Source: Rebecca billardiae RCC1528 (taxonomy: Eukaryota; Protista; Haptophyta). Taken from it: a stretch of 64,000 nt of DNA. Shown piece by piece: positions 34,053-47,000 of the stretch (the stretch's first letter is position 1; every line of letters begins with the position of its first letter). The notes beneath the pieces are model-generated. The model did no database searches and was not told the DNA's origin. It saw only the letters and a program-made list of their open reading frames with translations. The stretch is from NCBI GenBank assembly GCA_965240325.2, contig OZ251223.1, positions 1,860,001-1,924,000 on the forward strand, written 5' to 3'. Position numbers and translations under genes: made by a program.

Positions 34053-35061
34053 TAATAATTCGATGTTACTGTCTGAACGGTGTCGTCAATTGTCAGGCAG
34101 CGCGCAGTCAAAGCCGCGCAAAGCGCGCACGCTGCGCTGCTGCCTGCTGCCATCACATGCATAGTCTGAGTCGTGCAAGTCCCTGCAGAAGTGGCCGTGC
34201 TCGGGGCCGGCCACTGCTGTTACGCTGTGAATCGACCACTCTTAGAACTGGCTGACTTAGACCGAGTGCCGTCACACTACTGGTCAACACACTGCGCAGC
34301 CGCAAGGGCCCTTGCCGCAGCGATGGTGCGAGTGCTGACCGGATGACCATCTTCAATCTGAACGCCCGTGGCCGCGTCTCGCGAGCCAGAACGCTCGCCG
34401 GCTTGCCTGCGCCCGCCGGCTCGAGCGCCCCGACAACACCGACGCACCAGCCCGCTCGGGCGAGCTCCCATCTATCCACTGAAACCGGTTCGTTCTCATG
34501 TGATACACAGATCTCGCGGTCAACCGTCCGGTATCTGAGCCGCTCGCCACCACTACTATAATGTCTGCAGCCTGAACCGTGTAATATTGTGTACGTTGAT
34601 GAATCAGAGTGAACTGCAGGCTTTATTAGATTAGAATCATGTTCCGCTTGATATCATTAGAGGCATAGAGCACAGCACGTTCTGGCTCAGCCTTTCAGTC
34701 ATTGATGAGCCTGATAAATATGAGCCTCGCGGTCATCGTGCAGACGTGCACTCATCGATCGATTATTTGTAGGTAAATGAGCGTTTGTGGCTGAGTTCGA
34801 ATATTACAGTTTACTATGATTTAACGTGCACACTTGGTTAAAGGCGTATGTGATGGGGGTGTGAAAAATACCGCCCCATGAATAATCTAGGGGTAAAGCG
34901 AAGTTTCATGACTATGCTGACGTATCCATACGTACCGGTACGCCTCTCAGTGACGAACGCTTCGCGCAGAGCATCTTCATCAGACTGCGAAGAACCAGCA
35001 CGCGAGTGTCTTCGTCTCGTCAAGCCCAACACGTCACACGCCACCAACGGCGCTCGCTGCG

Positions 35062-38000
35062 ATGGCGGCGCACGATGTGGTGCACACCGCCTCGCGTCTG
35101 CGCGCGACGACCGCGGCTTGCCCGCCTGCGATCCTCGCTCTTCTCTCGCTAGCAAGCGGCTGGTACTCGTTGCCGTCGCGTGCGGTTGCGTTACCTCCTC
35201 CAGATGGCGGCGAGCGCATCTTCGCTCACATCCCCGCCACCGTGCCGGGCTCGTGCGTCGAGTCACCTGGAGTTGAACGGCCGGCGTGGAACACAACGCC
35301 AAGCTCTGTCTGCCCGTCGCCTTACGCCTCACTCTCTTGGCACGGTCACGTCGCGAGCGCATCCCCTCATCATCACGCGACGGCCGGTCGCCCGTCGTTG
35401 CCGTCATCATCCATCATCATCAACCACGACAAGGTCTGGTGCCCACGGGGGGTGGACCCTGTGGGCGCTCGGCGTGCCACTGCAGAGGCCCCAGCCGCGG
35501 CGCCGCCACCCTCGCAGCCGCCGAGCCCGCCACCATCGCCGCCGCGGAGCCTGCCGCCGAGCCTGCCGCCCTCCCCGACATCCCCATCGCCGTCGCCCCC
35601 GCCAGCGCCGCCACCGGCGCCCCCGCCCTCGCCGCCACCGAGCCCGCCGCCCTCGCCGCCGCCGCCGAGCCCGCAGCCGTCGCCATCCCCGTCGTCGCCA
35701 CCATCGCCGCCTCCGCCGAGCCCGCCGCCCTCGCCACCACCCTCGCCGCCACCTTTGCCGCCGCACAGCCCGCCGCCAAACCCGCCACTGTCGCCGCCAC
35801 AGAGCCCGCCAACCTCGCCGCCGCCGCCCGTGAGCGTGCCGAGCCCGCCGCCGTCGCCACCGCCGTCGCCGACGCCATCGCCGACGCCATCGCCGACGCC
35901 GCCCTCGCCCCCGCCCCCGCCGCCGCCAAGCCCACCACCGTCACCACCGCCGAGCCCGCCGCCAAACCCGCCGCTACCGCCGCGCGCTGCGTCATTCCCG
36001 CCGCCATCGCCGCCATCGCCACCGCCGTCGCCGCCGCCGAGCCCACCGCCCTCGCCGCCGCCGCCCGTGGGTGTGCCGATCCCGCCGCCGTCGCCGCCGC
36101 CGTCACCACCGCCCTCGCCGCCGCCGAGCCCACCGCCCTCGCCGCCGCCGCCCGTGGGTGTGTCGAGCCTGCCGCCGTCGCCGCCGCCGTCACCACCGCC
36201 ATCACCGCCGCCCTCGCCGCCGCCGCCGTCGCCACCGCCCTCGCCGCCGCCAAAGCCGCCACCACCGCCGCGCGCTGCGACATTCCCACCGCCACCGCCG
36301 CCGTCGCCACCGCCGTCGCTGCCGCCGAGCCCGCCGCCCTCGCCGCCACCGCCCGTGGGTGTGCCGAGCCCGCCGCCGTCGCCGCCGCCGTCACCGCAGC
36401 CCTCGCCGCCGCCCTCGCCCCGGCCGCCTCCGTCCCAGCCGCCCTCGCCGCCGCCCTCGCCACAGCCGTCTCTGCGGCCACCGCCGTCTCTGCGGCCACC
36501 GCCGCCGCCACCGTCGACGCCACCGAGCCCACCTCCGAGCTTGCCGCCTTCGCCGCCACCCTCGCCGCCACCGCCGTTGCCGCCGCCGTCGCCGCTACCA
36601 AGCCCGCCGCCGTCACCCCTGCCGCTGCCGCCGCGCGCTGCGCCATTCCCGCCGCCATCGCCGCCATCGCCACCGCCGCCGCCGAGCCCGCCGCCGAGCT
36701 CGCCGCCGAGCCCGCCGCCGAGCCCGCTGCCGAGCCCGCCGCCCATGCCACCACCGCCCGCACCGCCGTCGTCGCCACCCTCACCGCCGCCGTCACCGCC
36801 GCCGAGCGCGCCGCCGCCGAGCCCGCCGCCAAGCCCTTCGCCTTTGCCGCCGCCGAGCCCACCGCCATCCAGGCAGCCGTCCCCGCCGCCGTCGCCGCCG
36901 CCGACCCCTCCGCCGCCGAGCCCAACGCCATGCACGCCGCCGTCCCCGCCGCCGTCTCCACCGCCGTCGCCGCCACCGTCGCCGCCGCCCACTCCGCCAC
37001 CCCCGCTGGTGCCGGTGTTGCCATGCCCACCGCCGCCGTCGCCGCTGCCGAGCCCACCGCTGCCGACCCCGTCACCGAGCCCGCCGCCGAGCCCACCACC
37101 GTCGCCGTCACCGCCACCGTCGCCACCAGCGAGGCTGCCGCCCAGCCGGCCGCCGCCCTCGCCGCCGCTCAGCCCGCCTCCACCGTCGCCACCGCGCATG
37201 TCGCCGCCCAGCCAGCCATCGTCACCGCCGCCTCCGAGGCCGTTCGTCGCGGCCGCACTCGAGCGCGCGCTCTTCGCCGGGGCAGCAGACGGCGTGCCCG
37301 CCGGCGTCCTGGACCTTGGCGGCTTGGCCGTCTGCTCGACGGGCGGCGCAGCGTCCACGTCCAGCACACCCTTCATCTCCACCGTGGGCGCGCGGAATGG
37401 TCCAGCTGCCGCGACCGGCGGATCGGTGCACGTCCTCGTGCTCGCAAACAGCAGCAGCCTGCAGGACGGCGCCACGCGCATGAGCACCTGGCCAATGATC
37501 ACGACGCTTGGCGCGGGCGGCGGGAGCACGCAGTTTGGCGTCGGGATTGCCAACACGCCCGCTCTCCTCTCGGGCGCGGAATCCATCCAGCGCGCCCGCG
37601 CTGTCGTCGCCCTCATCGCCGGCACGCCGTACGCAGAAGACGGCGACTCCGCGTGTGTTTGCCTTCTTCTCACCCGCTGGCTTGGTCGAGCCGGCATCAC
37701 TGTGCTGGCGCTGATGTTCTGGCGGGGCTCACGGTGCTGGCGCGTGCTGGTGAGCGTGGTCCTCCTCAAATGGCGCTCACCGTCCTGTCGACCGGTACGT
37801 CCAGCCCCTGTCTGTCTGCAGACCTGCGGCGCGGCCGTGCGGCGCCACGGCGCTCGTCGCGCAATCGCGCCCCTTCTCATCCGCGCGCCAATCCCACCTC
37901 ACCCTCGCCTCGCCTCGCCGCATCGACACGCGCGCAGGTGCGGCCACAGGCGCGAGCGCCGCCCGGTCGCGGACGCGGCATCAGCAACGCGCTCGCGGGC

Positions 38001-38091
38001 GTTCGTGCCATGCCAGTCCTCGCCGCGTGCCTGTTTCTCCTGCCGATCGGCGCCGCCAACCCGAGCCTCGTCCGCGACGACACCGTGCTGA
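35062..38091 (+). CDS. Pro/Ser-rich ORF, copy 2 (1009 aa)
   Basis: Near-identical to 15502-18507 with an in-frame 24-bp insertion. A candidate in-frame intron lies at 37795-37937. Confidence 0.5.
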   Translation: MAAHDVVHTASRLRATTAACPPAILALLSLASGWYSLPSRAVALPPPDGGERIFAHIPATVPGSCVESPGVERPAWNTTPSSVCPSPYASLSWHGHVASASPHHHATAGRPSLPSSSIIINHDKVWCPRGVDPVGARRATAEAPAAAPPPSQPPSPPPSPPRSLPPSLPPSPTSPSPSPPPAPPPAPPPSPPPSPPPSPPPPSPQPSPSPSSPPSPPPPSPPPSPPPSPPPLPPHSPPPNPPLSPPQSPPTSPPPPVSVPSPPPSPPPSPTPSPTPSPTPPSPPPPPPPSPPPSPPPSPPPNPPLPPRAASFPPPSPPSPPPSPPPSPPPSPPPPVGVPIPPPSPPPSPPPSPPPSPPPSPPPPVGVSSLPPSPPPSPPPSPPPSPPPPSPPPSPPPKPPPPPRAATFPPPPPPSPPPSLPPSPPPSPPPPVGVPSPPPSPPPSPQPSPPPSPRPPPSQPPSPPPSPQPSLRPPPSLRPPPPPPSTPPSPPPSLPPSPPPSPPPPLPPPSPLPSPPPSPLPLPPRAAPFPPPSPPSPPPPPSPPPSSPPSPPPSPLPSPPPMPPPPAPPSSPPSPPPSPPPSAPPPSPPPSPSPLPPPSPPPSRQPSPPPSPPPTPPPPSPTPCTPPSPPPSPPPSPPPSPPPTPPPPLVPVLPCPPPPSPLPSPPLPTPSPSPPPSPPPSPSPPPSPPARLPPSRPPPSPPLSPPPPSPPRMSPPSQPSSPPPPRPFVAAALERALFAGAADGVPAGVLDLGGLAVCSTGGAASTSSTPFISTVGARNGPAAATGGSVHVLVLANSSSLQDGATRMSTWPMITTLGAGGGSTQFGVGIANTPALLSGAESIQRARAVVALIAGTPYAEDGDSACVCLLLTRWLGRAGITVLALMFWRGSRCWRVLVSVVLLKWRSPSCRPVRPAPVCLQTCGAAVRRHGARRAIAPLLIRAPIPPHPRLASPHRHARRCGHRRERRPVADAASATRSRAFVPCQSSPRACFSCRSAPPTRASSATTPC

Positions 38092-41000
38092 CTGCTTCGG
38101 GAACCGTCCAAATCGGCCTCGGTTCCACATTCCTCGGGGATCTCGACGGCGACAGCGTTTCCGAGGCGCTGCTGTGCGATTGGGCAGATGCCGACGGTGG
38201 CGCCAACACTGGTGCATGCCACGTGTTCTTCCTCGATGCCGCTGGGGGCGTGGTCGGCTCGCCGCAGAAGATCTCAAAGTCGCAAGGCTGGACGGGCGCG
38301 CCCCTCTCCGCGGGCGGCCTTTTCGGCGCGGACGCGCGTGGCCTCGGCGACCTCGATGGCGACGGTGTGCCCGACGCGATCGTCAGCGCCGTCATCGCCG
38401 ATGAGGCGTACGTGCTCCTCCTCACCACAGCAGGCACGGTCAAGAGCCACACGCGCATCGCGAGCGGCGAAGGTGGCAAGGCTGCATTCACCGCATCGTC
38501 CAACTTTGGCCGCGGCATAGGCGTGCTCGGTGATGTGGTGCGTGGGCCACCGCGCGTTCGCCCACGACGCGCTACTCCGGCGATCGCCTCGGAGCCTCTC
38601 GTCACGCGCTGATAGTACACACCCCTGGTACACGTGCGCGCACGACTCCCTGCGCTCCTGCGCAGGACGGAGACGGCGTCATCGACGTACTCGTGAGCGC
38701 GAGCGCCGACAGCCAAGTGAATGCTGACGCTGGGGCCGCATACGTGCTCTTCCTCAACACGGACGGCGCCGTCAAGGCGGAGCAGAAGATTTTCGGCTCC
38801 GACTTGGTCGCATACGACAGGTTTGGCTTCTCGTGCGCGGGCATCGGCGACTGGGACGCGGACGGCACGCCCGACGCCGCCGTGGGCTCGCGTGCTGACG
38901 CGGATACGGGCGCGGTGTACATGCTGATGCTCAACTCAGACGGCAGCGTCAAGCAGGAGCACAAGCTGAGCGCGAGCAGCGGGGGAGTGACCGGCGTCGT
39001 CGCATCCAGCTTCTTTGGCACGGGCATCGCGTGCACCGGCGGCACCGTGCTCGACCTCAATGGCGACGGCGTCGGCGATCTTCTCGTCGGTGCCATGTAT
39101 GAGTCTTCGAGGGCAGGCGCGGTGTACGTGCTGTACATGCAGCCAGACGGCACCGTGCTCAATCAGCACAAGATCAGCACGGCGGACACGCGCGGGCTCA
39201 GCGCGGGTATCCTCTCCGGCTCGCAATTTGGCCGGCAGATGGACGTGGACGACTACAACGGCGACGGCATGGCAGATGTCCTCATCGGCGCACCGGCCGC
39301 GGGTAGTGGGCGAGTGCATCTCGCCACGCTCGTGCTGAACGAGCCAGCTCCGCCTCCGAGCCCGCCGCCGAGCCCGCCGCCTTCGCCGCCGCCGAGCCCG
39401 CCGCTGAGCCCGCCGCCGAGCCCGCCACCATCACCTCCGCCGCCGCCACCACCAAGCCCGCCGCCGAGCCCGCCGCCGAGCCTCGTCCACGACGACACCG
39501 TGCTGACTGCTTCGGGAACCGTCGAAATCGGCCTTGGTTCCACATTCCTCGGGGATCTCGACGGCGACAGCGTTTCCGAGGCGCTGCTGTGCGATTGGGG
39601 AGATGCCGCCTACACTGGTGCATGCTACGTGTTCTTCCTCGATGCCGCTGGGGCCGTGGTCGGCTCGCCGCAGAAGATCTCAAAGTCGCAAGGCTGGACG
39701 GGCGCGCCCCTCTCCACGGGCGGCCATTTCGGCGTGGACGCGCGTGGCCTCGGCGACCTCGATGGCGACGGAGTGCCCGACGCGATCGTCGGCGCCCCGA
39801 ACGCCGATGAGGCGTACGTGCTCCTCCTCACCACAGCAGGCACGGTCAAGAGCCACACGCGCATCGCGAGCGGCGCAGGTGGCAAGGCTGCATTCACTGC
39901 CTCGTCCGGCTTCGGCTACGGCATAGGGGTGCTCGGTGATGTGGTACGCGCGCCACCGCGCGTTCGCCCACGACGCGCTACTCCGGCGATCGCCTCGGAG
40001 CCTCTCGTCACGCGCTGATAGTACACACCCCTGGTACACGTGCTCCCTGCGCCCCTGCGCAGGACGGCGACGGCGTCATCGACGTACTCGTGAGCGCGCA
40101 CTACGACAGCCAAGTGAATGCTGGCGCTGGGGCCGCATACGTGCTCTTCCTCAACACGGACGGCACCGTCAAGGCGGAGCAGAAGATTTTCGGCTCCGAC
40201 TTGGTCGCGAACGACAGGTTTGGCATGTCGTGCGCGGGCATCGGCGACTGGGACGCGGACGGCACGCCCGACGCCGCCGTGGGCTCGGCTGCTGACGCGA
40301 AGACGGGCGCGGTGTACATGCTGATGCTCAACTCAGACGGCAGCGTCAAGCAGGAGCACAAGCTGAGCGCGAGCAGCGGGGGAGTGACCGGCCTCGTCGC
40401 ATCCAGCTACTTTGGCACGGGCGTCGCGTGCACCGGCGGCACCGTGCTCGACCTCAATGGCGACGGTGTCGGCGATCTTCTCGTCGGTGCCATGCATGAG
40501 TCTTCGAGGGCAGGCGCGGTGTACGTGCTGTACATGCAGTCAGACGGCACCGTGCTCAATCAGCACAAGATCAGCACGGCGGACACGCGCGGGCTCAGCG
40601 CGGGTATCCTCTCCGGCTCGAAATTTGGCCCGCGGATGGACGTGGACGACTACAATGGCGACGGCATGGCAGATGTCCTCATCGGCGCACCGGGCGCGAG
40701 TGGTGGGCGAGTGCATCTCGCCACGCTCGTGCTGAACGAGCCAGCTCCGCCTCCGAGCCCGCCGGCGAGCCCACCGCCGCCCTCCCAGCCGCCCTCACCA
40801 CCGCCAACTCCACCGCCCTCGCCGCCGCCCAGCCCGCCACCGCCACCCTCACCACCCCCATCTCCACCGCCCTCGCCGCCACCCAGCCCGCCACCGCCGC
40901 CCTCGCCACCGCCATCTCCACCGCCCTCGCCGCCGCCGGCGCCTCCGCCTCTGGTCGCGCAGTCTCTCTTGGAGCTCGACGGCGGCGGCTGGCAGCTCGT

Positions 41001-44000
41001 GCGCCGCGTCTCGCCGAGCGCGGGCACGTGGCATCCAGCGACGGACACCCTGGCGGGCACCGACGTGTACGGCACGCCCGGCGGCGCGACGGCCGACGTG
41101 ACCTTCTCGGTCGCCTTCCCTCCGTTCAACGAGTTCCTCTTTGCGACGGGCGACGGCACGAAGTGGATCATCTGCACGCGCGACGCGGCGATCGGCGACT
41201 ACTACAATAACGAGCTGAGGCCCATCCTGCTCGCGTCGAGCGGCGTCACACAGGCCCGGTGGCTCAACCGTGCGGGAAATCCGGAGGACCCGTGGATCTC
41301 GACGACCGATCATGTGCAGGCTCATCCTACTGGGGGCATACTGTACGGCGAGGACTCCATAACGCTTTACTTGTCCGCGCTGACTGCAAACAACGGCGCC
41401 AACGTGTACGTGCGCTTCCGCCCGGCCGAGGTGCTCGATGGCGGCGGCTGGCAGCTCGTGCGCCGCGTCTCGCCGAGCGCGGGCACGTGGCATCCAGCGA
41501 CGGACACCCTGGCGGGCACCGACGTGTACGGCACGCCCGGCGGCGCGACGGCCGACGTGACCTTCTCGGTCGCCTTCCCTCCGTTCAACGAGTTCCTCTT
41601 TGCGACGGGCGACGGCACGAAGTGGATCATCTGCACGCGCGACGCGGCGATCGGCGACTACTACAATAACGAGCTGAGACCCATCCTGCTCGCGTCGAGC
41701 GGCGTCACACAGGCCCGGTGGCTCAACCGTGCGGGAAATCCGGAGGACCCGTGGATCTCGACGACCGATCATGTGCAGGCTCATCCTACTGGGGGCATAC
41801 TGTACGGCGAGAACTCCATAACGCTTTACTTGTCCGCGCTGACTGCAAACAACGGCGCCAACGTGTACGTGCGCTTCCGCGAACCACCGCCGCCAAGCCC
41901 ACCACCATTGCCGCCACCTAGTCCACCGTCGTCACCTCCGCCGCCATCACCACCGAGCCCGCCACCGAGCCCGCCACCTAACCCTCCACCTTCGCCCCCA
42001 CCGAGCCCGCCGCCCAGCCCGCCGCCGAGCCCGCCACCCAAACCGCCGCCGAGCCCGCCGCCGAGCCCGCCGCCGAGCCCGCCGCCGAGCCCGCCACCTT
42101 CGCCGCCGCCGAGCCCGCCGCCGAGCCCGCCACCATCACCTCCGCCGCCGCCACCACCAAGCCCGCCGCCGAGCCCGCCGCCGAGCCCCCCGCCAAGCCC
42201 ACCACCTTCGCCGCCGCCAAGCCCGCCGCCAAGCCCGCCGCCAAGCCCACCACCTTCGCCCCCACCAAGCCCGCCGCCCAGCCCACCACCTTCGCCGCCG
42301 CCGAGCCCGCCGCCAAGCCCGCCACCATCACCTCCGCCGCCGCCACCACCAAGCCCGCCGCCGAGCCCGCCGCCGAGCCCCCCGCCAAGCCCACCACCTT
42401 CGCCGCCGCCAAGCCCGCCGCCGAGCCCGCCGCCAAGCCCGCCACCTTCGCCCCCACCAAGCCCGCCGCCCAGCCCACCACCTTCGCCGCCACCGAGCCC
42501 GCCACCCAGCCCGCCGCCGAGCCCGCCACCCAACCCGCCGCCGAGCCCGCCGCCAAGCCCGCCGCCGAGCCCGCCTCCCAACCCGCCGCCGAGCCCGCCG
42601 CCGAGCCCGCCGCCGAGCCCGCCACCTTCACCGCCGCCGCCACCACCCAGCCCGCCGCCGAGCCCGCCACCCAGCCCGCCGCCGAGCACGCCACCGAGCC
42701 CGCCACCGATCCCGCCGCCGAGCCCGCCACCCAGCCCGCCGCCGAGGCCGCCACCGAGCCCGCCGCCGAGCCCGCCGCCGAGCCCGCCGCCGAGCCCGCC
42801 GCCGAGCCCGCCGCCGAGCCCGCCGCCGAGCCCGCCGCCGAGCCCGCCGCCGAGCCCGCCGCCGAGCCCGCCGCCGAGCCCGCCGCCTTCGCCGCCGCCG
42901 AGCCCGCCGCCGAGCCCGCCACCATCACCTCCGCCGCCGCCACCACCAAGCCCGCCGCCGAGCCCGCCGCCGAGCCCGCCGCCAAGCCCGCCACCTTCGC
43001 CCCCACCAAGCCCGCCGCCCAGCCCACCACCTTCGCCGCCGCCGAGCCCGCCGCCAAGCCCGCCACCATCACCTCCGCCGCCGCCACCACCAAGCCCGCC
43101 GCCGAGCCCGCCGCCGAGCCCCCCGCCAAGCCCACCACCTTCGCCGCCGCCAAGCCCGCCGCCGAGCCCGCCGCCAAGCCCGCCACCTTCGCCCCCACCA
43201 AGCCCGCCGCCCAGCCCACCACCTTCGCCGCCACCGAGCCCGCCACCCAGCCCGCCGCCGAGCCCGCCACCCAACCCGCCGCCGAGCCCGCCGCCAAGCC
43301 CGCCGCCGAGCCCGCCTCCCAACCCGCCGCCGAGCCCGCCGCCGAGCCCGCCGCCGAGCCCGCCACCTTCACCGCCGCCGAGCCCGCCGCCGAGCCCGCC
43401 GCCAAGCCCGCCACCTTCGCCCCCACCAAGCCCGCCGCCCAGCCCACCACCTTCGCCGCCACCGAGCCCGCCACCCAGCCCGCCGCCGAGCCCGCCACCC
43501 AACCCGCCGCCGAGCCCGCCGCCAAGCCCGCCGCCGAGCCCGCCTCCCAACCCGCCGCCGAGCCCGCCGCCGAGCCCGCCGCCGAGCCCGCCACCTTCGC
43601 CGCCGCCGAGCCCGCCGCCGAGCCCGCCGCCAAGCCCGCCACCTTCGCCCCCACCAAGCCCGCCGCCCAGCCCACCACCTTCGCCGCCGCCGAGCCCGCC
43701 GCCGAGCCCGCCGCCGAGCCCGCCGCCGAGCCCGCCGCCGAGCCCCCCGCCAAGCCCACCACCTTCGCCGCCGCCAAGCCCGCCGCCAAGCCCGCCGCCA
43801 AGCCCGCCACCTTCGCCCCCACCAAGCCCGCCGCCCAGCCCACCGCCGAGCCCGCCGCCGAGCCCGCCACCCAGCCCGCCGCCGAGCCCGCCACCCAACC
43901 CGCCGCCAAGCCCGCCGCCAAGCCCGCCGCCGAGCCCGCCTCCCAACCCGCCGCCGAGCCCGCCGCCGAGCCCGCCGCCGAGCCCGCCGCCGAGCCCGCC

Positions 44001-47000
44001 GCCGAGCCCGCCGCCGAGCCCGCCGCCGAGCTCACCGCCGAGCCCGCCGCCGAGCCCGCCGCCGAGCCCGCCGCCGAGCCCGCCGCCGAGCCCGCCGCCA
44101 AAGCCGCCGCCGAGCCCGCCGCCGAGCCCGCCACCATCACCTCCGCCGCCGCCACCACCAAGCCCGCCGCCGAGCCCGCCGCCGAGCCTTCCGCCAAGCC
44201 CACCACCTTCGCCGCCGCCAAGCCCGCCGCCAAGCCTGCCGCCAAGCCCGCCACCTTCGCCCCCACCAAGCCCGCCTCCCAGCCCACCGCCGAGCCCGCC
44301 GCCGAGCCCGCCACCATCACCTCCGCCGCCACCACCACCAAGCCCGCCGCTGAGTCCGCCGCCGTCGCCACCACCCAGTCCACCACCCCCGTCGCCGAGC
44401 CCACCACCGCTGCCGCCTCCGCCGTCGCCGCCAGCCACCACGCCCTCCGCCCCACAGCCAGCGCCGCCGCCGCCGCCGCCACGCGCGATGGGCCGCGCGT
44501 ACGACGGCTACCTCGGGGACTGCATCGTCTTCGTCGACCTCGACGCCGACCTTCGACTCGACGCGGACGAGCCGTTCGCCGCCACCGACGCGAGCGGCGG
44601 CTTCCCGCTGCTCAACGCGGACGGGCGGTACGGCGCCGCGCCGTACGTGCTGCTCGCCGAGGCGGGCGGCGCGTGCGTCGACTCCGACTCCGGGCTGGAC
44701 GTGAAGATCCCGCTGATGGCGGGCGCGGGGCAGACGGCCATCTCGTCGATGACGACGGTCGTGCTCCTCGCCGCGCGCGCGCTCGAGGCGCGCGGCGTCG
44801 GCGCGCCCGCGCTCGCCCTGCTCTCCTCTGGCGGCGGCGCGCCCAGCGAGGCGGCCGCGTCCGACCTCGAGCTCGCGACCGAGCTCGCGGTCGGCGGCTG
44901 CCTGCAGCTGGACGTGGGCGCGGCCGGCGGGCTGGACGACCCGTTCCCCGAGCTGTGGCTCGGCGGCGAGCAGGCCGCGCCCAAGGCGGAGCTCGTGCAG
45001 CAGACGGCGGTGCTGCACGCCGTGACGACGCTCGTCGCGGGCGCGCTCGCCGCGTACGACTCTGGCGACTCGGCGCAGGCCGCGTCCGCGGAGGCGATGC
45101 GCCCGCACGCGGTGAGCGTGCAGCAGGCGATGGCCACGCTGATGGCGGACGCGCTCGAGGCCGGGCTGCGCGCCGCGGCGCTCAATCTGACCAGCGGCGC
45201 GCCTCTCGGTGGGGCCAGTACCGGCGCTGCGCCGCCCAACGTGTCGTGCGCGCTCGACCTCGGCTCGGAGGCGACGGTGGAGGCGGTCGTGTCGCGCGCG
45301 AGCGCGCAGCAGCTCGGCGCGAGCGTGCAGCCGCCGGCCGAGACGGTGGCGCCGCTCTCGTCGCTGGTCTCCTCCACCGTGCGCGCGACGCGGTCGTTCG
45401 TGCAGCCCGCCGCCGCCGCGGTGCGCGCCTCGCCCAACGCCACGGCCAACGCCACCGCCGCCGCGTCGGCCTACGTGCAGCGCGTGAGCGCGGGCGCTCG
45501 GCTCGTGCAGTCGACGCTGCTCGCGATGGTCGCGCCGCCGCTCGCGACGCTGGGGCGCGAGATGCGCGCGCCGAACGCGACGTCTCCGCCGCTCGCTGGC
45601 GCGAACACAAGCAACGCCACGGCGCTCAACGCAACCGACGGCACGCCTGCCGCCGGCGGCGGCGCGGGCTCGTCCGCGCTGCTCGCCTCGACGGTGGCCG
45701 CTCTGGAGGAGATTGCAATCTCGGTGGGCGTGGCCGATGGCACTACCGGCACGCCCGCCGCGCTCGAGAGCGAGCTGGGCAGCGTGGCGCCAGCTGGCTG
45801 CCCGCCGACGGCGTGGTGCGCGGCGCTCGCCGCCGCGCTGCACCCGCCGCGGCTGCTGCGCGCGCGCTTCAACGGCCAGGCGACGGCGCTGCGGCTGCAG
45901 TTTGACGCGCAGCCGACCGACCGCGCGGGCATGGCGGCGGGCGTGCAGCCGTGCAGCATTGTGCTCGACGATGCGACGCTCGCGCGCGTGCGCGGCGCGG
46001 CGGAGGCGGAGCCGGGCTGCTTCTGGGAGGACGACAGCACGCTCGTCGTGCAGCTGGACAGCCGCACCGCCCTGCGCCCCGGCGATGCCGTGGGCATCCG
46101 CGCCGACGCGCTGCGGCCGCGCGGCAGCGCGCAGCCATGCCCGCACGAGCTGTGCGCGCCCGCGGCGCAGGTGACCATCCCGGCACAGCCCGCGGCGGCG
46201 TGCGTCGGCGGATGCCCGGTGCCCGTGGCGGTGCTCGCGGGGCCGACGACGGTGTCGTCCTGCCCGTATCAGCCCATTCTGCTGCGCTCGACCGGCTCGT
46301 CCGCCGGCGGCGTCGCTGCGCCCGAGTACTCCTGGTCCGTCAACGCGACGGGCGCGGCAGCGCTCGCGCCCGCCGCCGCGGCGGCGCTCGTCTCTCGAGT
46401 GGCGGCGGCGCGCGGGCCGAGCCTGAGCGTGGAGCTGCCGCCGGGCGCTGAGTTTGCCTTCGAGCTCCGGCTGGTCTCGTTCCTCGGCTTCGCCTCCGCG
46501 CCCGCCGCCGCCACCGTCGTCCGCACCGCCTCGCTCTCGCCGACGGTCGCGCTGCTCGGCCCGGCGGTGCAGACGGTGGCGCGGCCGGGCGCAAAGCACG
46601 TGCTGCTCGCGCGCGCCGAGCCTGCGTCGTGCTGGCCGGCGGCGACGTCGCGTCAGATTCAGTTTCAGTGGGCTGTGCGCGCCGCGCAGCCCGCCGACGG
46701 CTCCGCCGGCCCCACGCCGCTGCCGCCCTTTGACGCGGCGACGGCGGGCACGCGCGCGCAGCTCGAGTTGGCTCCCTTCTCGCTGCGTGCCGGCTACCGG
46801 TATGAGCTCGAGCTCACGGCGACGATGGCGGCGGACGCGGCGGCGAGCGCGAGCGCGCGTGTGGAGCTGCTCGTGGGCACGGCGCCCGTGAGCGCCGCCA
46901 TCGGCTCGGGCGACCGCACCGCCTCGCTCGAGGCGGACGCCATCGTGTTTGACGGCTCGGCCTCTGCCGACGGCAACACGGGCGGCTCAGACGGCCTTGC

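Larger units (their letters stand above)
14613..34165 (+). repeat. Segmental tandem duplication, copy 1 (~19.55 kb)
   Basis: ctgagtcgtgcaagtccc starts at 14613 and again at 34166, directly after 3'-flank sequence (catcacatgcatag). The copies are colinear afterwards. Confidence 0.9.
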
